62,414 bases of DNA from an uncultured Treponema sp. (GCA_937885475.1 CAKZZR010000211.1:1-62414), one strand, 5' to 3'; shown: positions 9,320 to 19,117, counted from the first letter of the stretch. Numbers and translations are program-made. Notes: generated by a model from the letters alone, not told the origin.

Positions 9320-9637
9320 TCAGTTACTTTTTAATGCCGCAGACAAATCTCTTCTTCCGTTTATAATTCTTAGCACGGTTACAGTTTCATCATTGTGCTC
9401 ATAAAAAATACAAATCTTTCCTTCGGAATAATATCTTACGCCATTTGAAAAATAAGGTTCTTCTTGATAGCGATGGTAGCCGTCTGCCATAAAACTCAAA
9501 TCTTTTATAGAAGTTCTGATTTTGTTGATTATGTTCACAGCCGTCCGCTTAGATTCATAATATTCAACAATTGAGTTATAAATTTGCTCTAAATCTTCAA
9601 ATGCACGAGGAGAATAAACTACTTTCCAGGTTTTCAT
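9320..9637 (-). CDS. RelE/ParE-family toxin
   Basis: V.YSPRA.EDL..IY..I, V.VLRIINGRRD motifs. Confidence 0.85.
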   Translation of the reverse strand: MKTWKVVYSPRAFEDLEQIYNSIVEYYESKRTAVNIINKIRTSIKDLSFMADGYHRYQEEPYFSNGVRYYSEGKICIFYEHNDETVTVLRIINGRRDLSAALKSN

Positions 9638-9882
9638 ATTCCGTATTTATCCTTGAACATTGAATCAACTTCGTCAACTGAATAACATTTTTCGTCCTTA
9701 ATAGAATCATACGCTTCTTCCAATCTAGAATTTATTTCTTTCGTTGAAAGTCCTGTGAGAAACTCAGGATTATTATAATTTTCTTGAAGAGAGGTTACGA
9801 GAAGAGATAACAAATTTAATTTCTGTTCGTATGTTAATGTCTGTACTTCTGTTGCAATTTCTGCATATTTTTCCTGCGGCAT
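9634..9882 (-). CDS. Putative antitoxin
   Basis: Small acidic ORF overlapping the toxin start (ATGA); likely start MPQEKY at 9882 after GGGGGT. Confidence 0.65.
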   Translation of the reverse strand: MPQEKYAEIATEVQTLTYEQKLNLLSLLVTSLQENYNNPEFLTGLSTKEINSRLEEAYDSIKDEKCYSVDEVDSMFKDKYGI

Positions 9883-9960
9883 AAAAACCCCCATTTGTTT
9901 ATAGAATACCATAGAAATACAAAAAAAGCGACCGAACAAAAAACAGAGAAACCTGCAATC

Positions 9961-11139
9961 CTAAGCGCCCAGCTTCCGCTTATTTCCGTTGGTCGATGCA
10001 AAAATCAAATACAGAATGTTAAAAACTCGTATCTGGTCAAAAAGCGGCGTGGAAAAGCATATTATGAACGAAACTGAAAGCAGTGCAAAAATTATCCTTC
10101 TGTTTTTTGCATCTGCCAGAATCCAGAAAAAAAGCAAAATCACAACGTAAAGGCTCAAGCCCAGGATTCCCCAGTTCTGGAGATGATGAAAATAAAAGTT
10201 TTCGATTACGATATGCTCTGCTTTGTTGGATGCAACTCCCAGCAAGGGCGATGAGTTAAAGTACTCAAGGGCTATAATCCGCTGCCTGTTCCGGGTATTA
10301 AAACTTCCGTCCCGGCCTTCGCCAAAAAGCATTACATTCACAAGGCGGATAACATAATCCACGGAAGTAACGACAATCTGAACGTTCAGCATATAGAGGA
10401 CAAAAATCGAAAGTACTATAAACGCCACGCAAAAAAGCAAGGGCAAGCGGGTTTTTCTAAAATAGACGAATATAAGAAAATAGCACACCGCCAGAGCAAG
10501 CATTCCAGTCCGGCTTCCTGTCATAAAAATTACGATGCTGTACCAAAAAAACTTAAACCCAATCCTGCGCTTTTTTTCAACGCTCAAAAAAAGGCAGATT
10601 ATGCAAATCCAAGCCCAGCTGTAGGCAAAGCCCGTGGTTCCGCTCAAACGAATGTAATTTATTGAGCCGAACGGAAAAACCGTGTACAGTTTGAAGAATG
10701 CAAACGCTGGCCGCAGGAATTTTACGAATTCAACGAGAGAAATCAGGAACACTGTTTTTTCAAAATAGTCTAAAATCGTCTGAGTTCCGTTCTGGGCGAT
10801 GATTTTTTGCAGAATCAGGATTGAAAAAGCATAGCTGAAAAAATAAATCGACGGTCTTAAAATTTCTATTATGTCGCCGCCAGAATAATTGTTTCTGCCA
10901 AAATTAAAAATCGAGCTTGCAAGATAAACCAGCGAAAGCAGGATGAACAATAAATAAAAGAATACGACCTTTTTGCTGAAGCGCACTAAAAGCCTTTTCC
11001 AATCCAAAAGCACGACAAAAACTGAATACAAAAAAATGACTGCAAGATACAAAAGCTGCCCTTTGTTCAAGCCAAGGTAGCCAAAAAATCCGGGACAGCA
11101 CAATATCAAAAGCACATACCATCGTGCTGAGCGCGTCAT
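9961..11139 (-). CDS. O-antigen ligase/polymerase (Wzy/WaaL-like)
   Basis: Many TM helices; RLSGT.G, TGSRTG, S...R....A..YF..SPLLG, EN.Y...L...G.LG motifs. Confidence 0.8.
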   Translation of the reverse strand: MTRSARWYVLLILCCPGFFGYLGLNKGQLLYLAVIFLYSVFVVLLDWKRLLVRFSKKVVFFYLLFILLSLVYLASSIFNFGRNNYSGGDIIEILRPSIYFFSYAFSILILQKIIAQNGTQTILDYFEKTVFLISLVEFVKFLRPAFAFFKLYTVFPFGSINYIRLSGTTGFAYSWAWICIICLFLSVEKKRRIGFKFFWYSIVIFMTGSRTGMLALAVCYFLIFVYFRKTRLPLLFCVAFIVLSIFVLYMLNVQIVVTSVDYVIRLVNVMLFGEGRDGSFNTRNRQRIIALEYFNSSPLLGVASNKAEHIVIENFYFHHLQNWGILGLSLYVVILLFFWILADAKNRRIIFALLSVSFIICFSTPLFDQIRVFNILYLIFASTNGNKRKLGA

Positions 11140-12326
11140 TCAAAATACCTTTTAAAATTCTGAACCGAGCAATTCCTGCAAAACCAATCAAAGTTCTTTT
11201 CCGCTTGCATTCTGAACATTTGCGCTTTTGAAAAATCCGCAAAACCTTCCAGAATGGCGGACAAGACCCTTGAATCATCACAAAATTTCGTGGCGGAAAA
11301 CGCAGAGCCTTCGTCAGTCGAAAAATCGGTGGTCGTATAATAAAAATCGCCTGCATTATCTTTTAAAAGCTCCTTAAGCTCATCGGGAATGGCGCGGTCG
11401 CTTCCAAGGAAGGGCTTTTTTAATGCCATACATTCCAAAAGCGTTATCGGAAAGCCCTCAAAAATCGAGCTGAAAACAAGCGAAGCACAATTTTTAAGAT
11501 AGGGAAAAACATTCGCCTTATATCCTAAAAGATGCACGTTTTTTTCAAGACCCAGTTCAAAAATCAGCTTTTCTATTTTTGCCTGCTGGCTGCCTGTTCC
11601 AACAATAAGCAAAGCTTTGGGAGCGACATCAGAATTCACTGCATCAGGCATATCTTGGATTTTTCGTAAATACAGAAAAAAAGCTTTTATTAGCTTCCAG
11701 ATTGCTTTTTGCTCCTCCAGCCTTCCGATGAACAAAAAATACGGGCGGCTCGGAATGTCATTTACGGTTTCTTCCTGCTTTGAATAATCCACCACAAGCG
11801 GATTTAAAACCGTGCGCACATTTTTTATCCCGATTTTCTCAAGGGAATTCTTTACCATCTCGCTTACAGCAATCACCTGAACGTTTTTTCTGTTGTAAAA
11901 ATGCCGCAGGACTGCAAAAACCGCTTTCTGAACCACAGAGTTCAGCTTCTGATACTGAATCGTCGGCGGATTATGAACGGTGGCAACAACCTTGTATTTT
12001 CTGCTTTTTCCAAGCGCCAGTATTGAAACGATATTTGAGCGGTCGCAAAAAGAAACGAGCGTCCTGCATTTTTGACGCCTGACGATTTTTTTAAGCCTTC
12101 GTATCGCCTTCAGTTGGTCAAGGGCTTTTGCTATAAGCGAAGTCCTGTTTTCTTCCAAAAGATAGTCAATATCCGCGACTTCTGATTTTATGAGGACAAC
12201 GCGCTTGGTCAGGATATTATTCTGATTGCACCAGCTTGAAAACAAGTCGTATACCTTTTCCGCTCCGCCCGTCTTGTACAAATCTATGAGCTGAACAATC
12301 GGCTGGCTACAGTTCGGCAATCTCAT
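11136..12326 (-). CDS. Glycosyltransferase family 4
   Basis: GGAEKV, FIGRL..QK, SS.FEGFP..LLECMA motifs. Confidence 0.9.
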   Translation of the reverse strand: MRLPNCSQPIVQLIDLYKTGGAEKVYDLFSSWCNQNNILTKRVVLIKSEVADIDYLLEENRTSLIAKALDQLKAIRRLKKIVRRQKCRTLVSFCDRSNIVSILALGKSRKYKVVATVHNPPTIQYQKLNSVVQKAVFAVLRHFYNRKNVQVIAVSEMVKNSLEKIGIKNVRTVLNPLVVDYSKQEETVNDIPSRPYFLFIGRLEEQKAIWKLIKAFFLYLRKIQDMPDAVNSDVAPKALLIVGTGSQQAKIEKLIFELGLEKNVHLLGYKANVFPYLKNCASLVFSSIFEGFPITLLECMALKKPFLGSDRAIPDELKELLKDNAGDFYYTTTDFSTDEGSAFSATKFCDDSRVLSAILEGFADFSKAQMFRMQAEKNFDWFCRNCSVQNFKRYFE

Positions 12327-13050
12327 ATTTATCCTTCTTGTAGTTTTTCAAAAAGACAAAAAGCTTTAGCTGCCGCCTGAAACGCTTGAATGAAAAATTG
12401 GAAATCAGCCTGAAAAGCCATTCAAGACCAAGCTTTATCATAAATTTTGGAGCGCGTTTTACCGAGCCTGACCAGAAATCAATTGCGCCGCCGTTCCCGA
12501 ATACGATTTTTGCATTGAGCTTGTCCTTGCTTTCGATAATCCAAAGCTCCTGAAGTGGGCATCCCTTACACACAATCAGAATGTCTGCCCCGGAGTCATT
12601 TATTTTCTGAATCAAGGTATCGCCGTTTATTTTTGTGTAGCCGTCCGTCATTCCGACAATCCTGACATTTGGAAACTGCTTTTCAATATTGTTCTTTGCG
12701 TTCTCTAAGTTCTCGCTTACGGCTCCATAAAAATACACCTTAACCTGCTCATCTGGCGGAAGATAAGTAAAAAAATCCGTTCCTGGATAGCGGTCTTCCG
12801 TCGTATATTCCGTACTAAGCTTGTGGTTTATAGCCTTGATAAGTCCTATTCCGTCTATAAAATTGTAGGTGCAAGCCTTAAAATACGAATTTAAAACCGG
12901 ATAATGCTGTTGCTGCATAAAAATCTCAGGATTTATGAACGAGATTACGGATTTTTCGTTTTTTTCCAAAAGCTCCATAAAAATTTTCTGCATTTCGGCT
13001 TTGTTCTCAGGAATCGTAAGCGGAATTTGCTCAAAAAGGTATTTTTTCAT
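12307..13050 (-). CDS. WecB/TagA/CpsF-family glycosyltransferase
   Basis: INPE, DGIG, R.PG.D, G.PLQE.W, GGAIDF.SG..KRAP, GLEWLFR motifs. Confidence 0.9.
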   Translation of the reverse strand: MKKYLFEQIPLTIPENKAEMQKIFMELLEKNEKSVISFINPEIFMQQQHYPVLNSYFKACTYNFIDGIGLIKAINHKLSTEYTTEDRYPGTDFFTYLPPDEQVKVYFYGAVSENLENAKNNIEKQFPNVRIVGMTDGYTKINGDTLIQKINDSGADILIVCKGCPLQELWIIESKDKLNAKIVFGNGGAIDFWSGSVKRAPKFMIKLGLEWLFRLISNFSFKRFRRQLKLFVFLKNYKKDKYEIAEL

Positions 13051-14291
13051 CGGTTGCTCCTTGCGTCCATTTGCTGTTTTCTTTCTATATATTCAATCAG
13101 CTTCTTACAACTTTGGCCGCTTTCACAAAAATTGAATTTCTTGTCAAAGGCGGCAATTTTTTCCAGATATTCATCCTGCTTAAAATTTACGATTACGCTC
13201 TCAAGCTCCTGGTTTGAATGTGCGATTGCAAACGGCGTTTCTTCAATCGAATGGTAAAAGCCCCTGTCCGCATTAAGATATTCCTCGTAATCCGTGCAGA
13301 ACAAAAACACAGGACGCTTTGTAAGATAAAAATCGAACACAAGTCCGCTGTAGTCGCTTATGACAACATCGCTAGAAGCCAAAAGTGCCTGCATATCGGG
13401 ATACTCCGTCACGTTCTGAACAAAGGGCGGAAGCTTTGCGTTCCTTGTATATTCCTTTAGCGTAGGATGAAAGCGCGCAAGGATTTTCCATACGCCGCCA
13501 AACCTGTTTTTTAGCGACGCCTGCAAACGCTCATAATCTATGTTGTAGCAGTCGAAGTTCTTGTTTTTTCTGAAGGTCGGGGCGTACAAACAGATTTTAG
13601 TTTCTTTCTCAAGCTGCAAATCCGCTAGAACCCTTGCGCGCTCGTCCTTCATTTTTTGCTCATTAAAGAACAGATCTGTGCGCGGAGTTCCGATTTCAAG
13701 AATCTCGCCGTCATACCAGAAGGAATTCCTGTATATCGCAGTTTTTTCCGCACAGTCGCTTAAAATGGCATCGATTGCCTTGCTGTCCCTTTTTGCAAGC
13801 CGAATGTAGTTTTTTGTAAGCTCGCGGTACGCGTCCTTTTCTATTTTTTTAAGGGCAAACGAGCCGTGCCAAGTCTGAATATAAAACTGGTTTTTCTTCT
13901 TTTTTGGAAAAAATTCCTTTCGCACATTGTCAATCCAGATTCCGGCTGTGGAAAGCTCCTTCATCGCCTTAAACGTAAAATGCTTTACGATTCTTACCTT
14001 TTCTGGAATACGCTCAGGTCTCTTGCATCGTCCTGGGTCAACAAGCCAAACCAGCTCGTAATCAAGATTATTCTTTAGGATGTAGTCAAAAAATGCCGCA
14101 GGATTATCAGCATAATCGGAGCCACTGAACTGGCTTGCGACGATTTTTTTTGGATTTACCTTGTCCGCCCAGGAAAACAGAGCGTACAGGCGGTACAAGC
14201 CCTTTGTTGCAAAGAGCCATATCCAAAAATGCCGTGCAAATGTTCCTTCCTTTATGAATTTTATGCTCTTTTTAAGTTGCACCATCGCCAT
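13047..14291 (-). CDS. CDP-glycerol glycerophosphotransferase (TagB/TagF family)
   Basis: QTWHG..LKK, G.PR.D, LYAPTFR, HP, ISDYS motifs. Confidence 0.9.
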   Translation of the reverse strand: MAMVQLKKSIKFIKEGTFARHFWIWLFATKGLYRLYALFSWADKVNPKKIVASQFSGSDYADNPAAFFDYILKNNLDYELVWLVDPGRCKRPERIPEKVRIVKHFTFKAMKELSTAGIWIDNVRKEFFPKKKKNQFYIQTWHGSFALKKIEKDAYRELTKNYIRLAKRDSKAIDAILSDCAEKTAIYRNSFWYDGEILEIGTPRTDLFFNEQKMKDERARVLADLQLEKETKICLYAPTFRKNKNFDCYNIDYERLQASLKNRFGGVWKILARFHPTLKEYTRNAKLPPFVQNVTEYPDMQALLASSDVVISDYSGLVFDFYLTKRPVFLFCTDYEEYLNADRGFYHSIEETPFAIAHSNQELESVIVNFKQDEYLEKIAAFDKKFNFCESGQSCKKLIEYIERKQQMDARSNR

Positions 14292-14737
14292 TCACCCCCC
14301 CCCCGTGTATAATTTTTCATACAGTCACCGTTTATCTTTTTACGCAGAATCGTACTTGAGATTCCTTTTGTGTACGGAAGATATTCCATTCTTACGCCGA
14401 CCAAGGCTAATTTCTTTTCCGTTTCGTTAAAAATCTCAGAACCTTTCCAGTCGTCGCCAACAAAGCAGACGTCAAATTTGTATTTTTGCCACGCTGCAAA
14501 TTTATCGCGCTCCGTAACCGGTACTGCCTTGTCCACAAATTCAATTGCCTCAACGATTTTTATGCGCTCCTCAAACGGAATTACAGGAATCTTATTCTTA
14601 TACGAAAGCACAAGCTCGTCCGTATTTACGCCGGCAATAAGGTAGTCGCATTTTTCTTTTGCTGCCCTCAAAAGATTCAGATGCCCGATATGGAACATGT
14701 CAAAGCAGCCCGTCGTATATCCAACGATTTTTTTCAT
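14261..14737 (-). CDS. Glycerol-3-phosphate cytidylyltransferase (TagD-like)
   Basis: GCFDMFHIGHLNLL, VGDDWKG, PYTKGISST motifs. Confidence 0.9.
   Translation of the reverse strand: MKKIVGYTTGCFDMFHIGHLNLLRAAKEKCDYLIAGVNTDELVLSYKNKIPVIPFEERIKIVEAIEFVDKAVPVTERDKFAAWQKYKFDVCFVGDDWKGSEIFNETEKKLALVGVRMEYLPYTKGISSTILRKKINGDCMKNYTRGGGEWRWCNLKRA
14295..14304 (-). repeat. G10 homopolymer at the tagD-like/tagF-like junction
   Basis: CCCCCCCCCC on the plus strand, 3 nt upstream of the TagF-like ATG. Confidence 0.9.
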
Positions 14738-14810
14738 AATTTTTCTCCGCTCAAAAGCTTTTCATGGCCAAGTTCTTCTGGCGCAGAAGCGCAACGCAGT
14801 GCGTATCCAA

Positions 14811-16049
14811 TCATCTTGCGCTCCTTATCTCAGAAAAAATCACCTTCAATCGAATCAGGAGAATCAACGATTCCGTGGCGCACGTCAGAAGGGCAAGCGT
14901 AACGCCGCTCAGCTTTTTTAGAAAAAACAAAGCTACAAGAGCCGCCAAATGAAAAGCCGAGCCGATTATCACGCTTAAATTTGCGATTTTTATTCTTCCC
15001 AATGCCGCAAGAACAGGGTAGCCGCACAAATAAAGTGGAAGCGTGATTGAAATGAGCGGAAGCATCGCCCTGAAAAATGGTACGGCCTGCTCGTAACCTT
15101 TGCCACAGACGACGCGTATTATGAACGGTGCAAAAATGAACAGTAGCACACAGCCTAGAATTATCAGCGGCTCAAGAATAAGGATTATTTTTCTTACAAG
15201 CTTCAGATTCTTTTCCTTGACCATATACGGATACAGGCTGTCCGCAATTGGCGAGAAAAAGCTCCGTCCCGCATTGGAAAGGGTGTTTGCCGCTCCGTAA
15301 TTTCCCACATACTCGTCGGGGAACGAAAAGCCCAAAAGCACGGTGTTCAGCGTTGTATACACGGAGCTTGCCGCTCTTGATAAAAAGAATGTCGAGGATT
15401 CCTTCATATAGGTAAAAATTTCTACAAGGCTTACGCGCTCGGCTTCAATCAGCTTTTTTCGCTTGATTTCTATCCAGGTCGTTATCACTGCAAATATGTT
15501 TGAATAAATCGTTGCCACAGGAACGAATATAAAATCCTTTTCCTCGTGAACCAAAAAGAAAACTGCAACGACATATATGAGCTTGCTGATTATGACTCGG
15601 TAGGTAAGTACGCTCATTATTTCCAGACCACGGAACAGAAAATCAGGCAAAAAAATAGTAAGGACAACTCCAATATAGGAAAGATAAAAATAGAGCTTGT
15701 ATTCAGAAATTTTTGGAGCGAACAGCGTAAGAAAAACAAGGCCGACGCAGCCGATTATGCAAAGAAGGAATTTCGCATAGATTATTCCGCAGGTTATTTT
15801 TCCCAAAGCTTTTTTGTCATCAAAATTAAGGGAAACGGAATTGGTTCCAGATATCAAAAAGCCGAATTCAATGAAAAGCGTAAAATACGCCATTATGGAG
15901 TTTGCAAAAATCACGATTCCGTAATGTTCAGAGCCTAGAACCCTTGTTAAATAAGGAAACGCCAGCAAATTCAGCACATAATTACTAATCTGTAGCAAAT
16001 AAAGAAAAAATGTGTTTTTTAGAAGTGTCTTTTCCTTTGATGACTTCAT
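14811..16049 (-). CDS. Polysaccharide flippase (Wzx)
   Basis: KNTFFLYLLQ..NY...L..FPYLTRVLG.E.YG, FGF motifs; multiple TM helices. Confidence 0.9.
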   Translation of the reverse strand: MKSSKEKTLLKNTFFLYLLQISNYVLNLLAFPYLTRVLGSEHYGIVIFANSIMAYFTLFIEFGFLISGTNSVSLNFDDKKALGKITCGIIYAKFLLCIIGCVGLVFLTLFAPKISEYKLYFYLSYIGVVLTIFLPDFLFRGLEIMSVLTYRVIISKLIYVVAVFFLVHEEKDFIFVPVATIYSNIFAVITTWIEIKRKKLIEAERVSLVEIFTYMKESSTFFLSRAASSVYTTLNTVLLGFSFPDEYVGNYGAANTLSNAGRSFFSPIADSLYPYMVKEKNLKLVRKIILILEPLIILGCVLLFIFAPFIIRVVCGKGYEQAVPFFRAMLPLISITLPLYLCGYPVLAALGRIKIANLSVIIGSAFHLAALVALFFLKKLSGVTLALLTCATESLILLIRLKVIFSEIRSAR

Positions 16050-16167
16050 AAATATAAAATATTGTATTAAAAGCTGACAACACAATATTTTATATTAGGA
16101 AAATAGTCAATATTTCCATAGTTTTATATTATGAAATCAATATAAAAAATCCAACATAATATGTTGT

Positions 16168-16485
16168 ATGGAGCAATCATTAGAAGAGATTTTTAGAAGC
16201 AACTTACGACTTTTCAGACAAAACGCAAAGCTTTCTCAGGAAAAACTTTCCGCATTATTGGACAAGAACATCAATTATATAAATATGATAGAGGGCGGAA
16301 AAAGCATCCCGCCGCTTTCCGTTATCGAACAGATTGCAAAAATCCTGAACGTGAACCCAAGCGAATTCCTGGTGGAACACACATCCTCCGGCTATTTTGA
16401 CAAAATCGCGCTCATAAACACAGCCAGCGAGCAAATTTCGCAGAAAGCTAAGGAAGTGCTTTTGGAACTGATGAAAGATTTGTGA
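16168..16485 (+). CDS. XRE-family HTH regulator
   Basis: NLRLFRQ..KLSQEKLS...YINMIEGGK..P.L. Confidence 0.85.
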   Translation: MEQSLEEIFRSNLRLFRQNAKLSQEKLSALLDKNINYINMIEGGKSIPPLSVIEQIAKILNVNPSEFLVEHTSSGYFDKIALINTASEQISQKAKEVLLELMKDL

Positions 16486-16495
16486 TGTGGAGAAT

Positions 16496-16550
16496 TTACG
16501 GGCAAGGCTGGATGAGCGGTTTTTATGCAGCCGTTGCAAAATTTACAACA
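16496..16550 (+). repeat. 55-bp direct repeat, copy 1 (partner 17927-17981)
   Basis: 53/55 identical to 17927-17981. Confidence 0.95.
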
Positions 16551-16582
16551 CGCTTTGAAAAGTCGTATCCGGATTTTTCAGC

Positions 16583-17860
16583 TCAATCCTTTAAACATCC
16601 AATCGGCACGACATAAACCCCGTCCTCACGTCGGTATGCATATTTACCTGTCCCTGTCAGAACCATCATAAAGGCAGGTTCTTTCATTTTGTTTGTATCA
16701 ATCTTTGCACAGAATGTTTTGAGGTTTTTGACACCTTCTTCTATTAGATGATCCCCACCGAGTTTTATTTCAATCAGACCGAATGAGCCGTTTCTTAAAT
16801 GGATAACTGCATCGCATTCAAGCCCGGACTTATCCCGATAATGATAAACTTCACCATCAAGACTTTCTGCATAAACTCTTAAATCACGCACATAAAGAGT
16901 TTCAAAGAAAAGTCCCATTGTATTCAAATCTTTTACAAGGTCATTTGGTCCAAGACCCAGACTTGCGGTTGCAATAGATGGATCCGTAAAGTAGCGTGTA
17001 TCAGAAGTCCTGATTGCAGTTTTGGAGCGTAGGTTCGGGTTCCAGGCCGGCATATCTTCAATAACGAAAATCTTTCGGAGAGCGTTTGTGTATGAATAAA
17101 CTGTGTCTTCGGTTAAACTTTCGGCATCATTTGCGAGAATATCATCACGAAGAACAGTGTAAGGAGTTTGTGTTCCCTGATTTCTGGCATAGGATTTCAT
17201 CAGCCTTTTTGCCCGTTCCGAATCGCGTTTTACATTATCAACGCGGGAAATATCCGTGTTTACGATTGCATCAAAATAATCGAATGCCTGATCCAAAGCA
17301 ATTTCGTTTTCCATATCAATTGCCCCGGGCCAGCCTCCACGGCAAATCAAGAATGCAAGGCGGTCTATATCATCAATTTTATTCTCTGCCAGAATCTGCT
17401 CTGGGTGTTCAAACAAAGCTTTAAGAGAGATTTCACCAGTCGACTCCCCAGACTCAAACAGCGACATAGGACGCATCTTTATCCAGGCAAATCTACCTGT
17501 GCCAGTATGAAAAATTTCATCATCATCTGGGGGAACTGCGGAACCCGTCAGAATAAACTGACCCATTCCTTTTCTGTGATCAACTTCAAAACGAACGGCA
17601 TCCCAAAGTTTTGGAGCAATCTGCCATTCATCAATCAGGCGAGGCGTATCACCCTCAAGCAGTTTAGATGGATTAATATCAGCAGCAATAAGATTTTCTT
17701 TTACATCTTCGGGCTTAGACATATATAAAATGCTTTTAGCCATCTGCTCTGCTGTCGTTGTTTTACCGCACCACTTTGGACCCTGTATAAGGACAGCCCC
17801 TTTTCCTTTTAGTTTGCGTTCAAGTGTTTTATCAGCCAGTCGCACTCTGTAATTTTCCAT
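16583..17860 (-). CDS. AAA-family ATPase with C-terminal DUF4143-type domain
   Basis: GPKWCGKTT Walker A, LIDEWQ Walker B, LTGS, G.FFE, YRD..GLECD, IEIK motifs. Confidence 0.9.
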   Translation of the reverse strand: MENYRVRLADKTLERKLKGKGAVLIQGPKWCGKTTTAEQMAKSILYMSKPEDVKENLIAADINPSKLLEGDTPRLIDEWQIAPKLWDAVRFEVDHRKGMGQFILTGSAVPPDDDEIFHTGTGRFAWIKMRPMSLFESGESTGEISLKALFEHPEQILAENKIDDIDRLAFLICRGGWPGAIDMENEIALDQAFDYFDAIVNTDISRVDNVKRDSERAKRLMKSYARNQGTQTPYTVLRDDILANDAESLTEDTVYSYTNALRKIFVIEDMPAWNPNLRSKTAIRTSDTRYFTDPSIATASLGLGPNDLVKDLNTMGLFFETLYVRDLRVYAESLDGEVYHYRDKSGLECDAVIHLRNGSFGLIEIKLGGDHLIEEGVKNLKTFCAKIDTNKMKEPAFMMVLTGTGKYAYRREDGVYVVPIGCLKD

Positions 17861-17926
17861 ATTTTTAGTTTATACTTCATTTGGCGATTTGGCATTATTT
17901 TGCTTGGCGAAACGGCAATAAATTAA

Positions 17927-17981
17927 TTACGGGCAAGGCGAGATGAGCGGTTTTTATGCAGCCGTTGCAAAATTTACAACA
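17927..17981 (+). repeat. 55-bp direct repeat, copy 2 (contains the 3' end of the YgiT-type gene)
   Basis: 53/55 identical to 16496-16550. Confidence 0.95.
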
Positions 17982-18181
17982 GAAAGTTCCTGGAGATGCT
18001 GTTTTGCATAGGAAATAATCTGCTCCAGCTTTTTTACGACATCGCCTGTAAATTGAATTTCATCACAAATTTCGCATTTATAGCAGGGAATATTTCTGAT
18101 AACAAGAATGCCACCGTCCAATTCAATAGCTTCTGTTGTAGTACTCTGGTATGTTTCATGAGAGCATCTGATACATTTCAT
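17954..18181 (-). CDS. YgiT-type zinc-finger protein (MqsA-like antitoxin)
   Basis: MKC..C...IRNIPC..C..C.E pattern. Confidence 0.85.
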   Translation of the reverse strand: MKCIRCSHETYQSTTTEAIELDGGILVIRNIPCYKCEICDEIQFTGDVVKKLEQIISYAKQHLQELSVVNFATAA

Positions 18182-18390
18182 TTTTCAATCTCCCTTCTAG
18201 TCTTTAAATCTTTTTCCCATTTATCAGCAGTAGGAATATACGCTGTTATCAGATAAATCTTTTTCTCATTCATACTGACGACAATATGAATATATTGATT
18301 TCTAACAGAGATTCCAAGTATAAGACAACTAGGAAACGGAAAATCCCTTGGGTACTGTTCTATTATTTCTCCGTTATTGATTGCATTCAT
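18178..18390 (-). pseudogene. DUF4258-family toxin, N-terminally truncated
   Basis: GEIIEQYP.D.PFPSCLILG...HIVV...LITAY.P...W...K.R; the usual N-terminal H...R...R.I segment is absent and vapC ends 6 bp upstream. Confidence 0.7.
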
Positions 18391-18396
18391 ATATTT

Positions 18397-18825
18397 TTAT
18401 GCTGTAAACCAATCTTCCACATGCAGAAAGTTGTTTTCTTTCATCACCTGAAAATCCGCAACATTATGGGTCACCAGAATCATTCCGTTTGAAATTGCTG
18501 TAGCCGCAATCTGAGAATCGTAGTTTGGAAGCGTTTTGCCTTCTTTTTCTGCCTGAGCCTGAATTTCTCCGCATATTCCTGCAGCAAATTTGTCGTAGGG
18601 GATGATTTCAAAACATTCTTCGTAATTTTGAATACATTTTTCAAGATAGCTTTTCCGCTTTCCTTCTGGAAGCCTTTTTACACCGCGAGTCAGTTCTTGC
18701 CACGTAACAGAAGAAATTGCACATAAATTTTTTCGTGCATCGTAAAAGTTTACAACCTGGGGATTCGGGCGTTCCTTTGAAAATTCCGAAACAATATTTG
18801 TGTCAAGTAGATAAGTTTTTCGCAT
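18397..18825 (-). CDS. vapC: VapC PIN-domain toxin
   Basis: YLLDTNIVSE, SVT..EL..G, D.QIAATA, LVT.N..DF motifs; GAGGAG RBS before the ATG at 18825. Confidence 0.9.
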   Translation of the reverse strand: MRKTYLLDTNIVSEFSKERPNPQVVNFYDARKNLCAISSVTWQELTRGVKRLPEGKRKSYLEKCIQNYEECFEIIPYDKFAAGICGEIQAQAEKEGKTLPNYDSQIAATAISNGMILVTHNVADFQVMKENNFLHVEDWFTA

Positions 18826-18841
18826 TTTTTTCTCCTCAAAC

Positions 18842-19117
18842 CTATGCCCACGGATCCTTTGAATAATCAGGACATTCCCTGGACGGAGTGATGTCCAATC
18901 CTTTGTCATCTAAAACATCCGCATATTCTTTTCTAAGTTCAGCAAGCTTGTCCAATAACGATGGCTGAGCCTTTCGGTTCTCGCCATAATCCGCATAACT
19001 CATAATCACCGCCACAGGCTTGTCGTAACGGGTAAGCTCAACCACCTCGCCTTCCTCGGCAAGCTTTACAAGAGCGGAAAAATTATTACGCGCTTCGTAA
19101 ATAGAAGTCCTGCACAT
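18842..19117 (-). CDS. Phd/YefM-type antitoxin (partner of VapC)
   Basis: SIYEARNNFSALV..AEEGE.V.LTR.DKPVAVI; GGAGG RBS. Confidence 0.85.
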   Translation of the reverse strand: MCRTSIYEARNNFSALVKLAEEGEVVELTRYDKPVAVIMSYADYGENRKAQPSLLDKLAELRKEYADVLDDKGLDITPSRECPDYSKDPWA

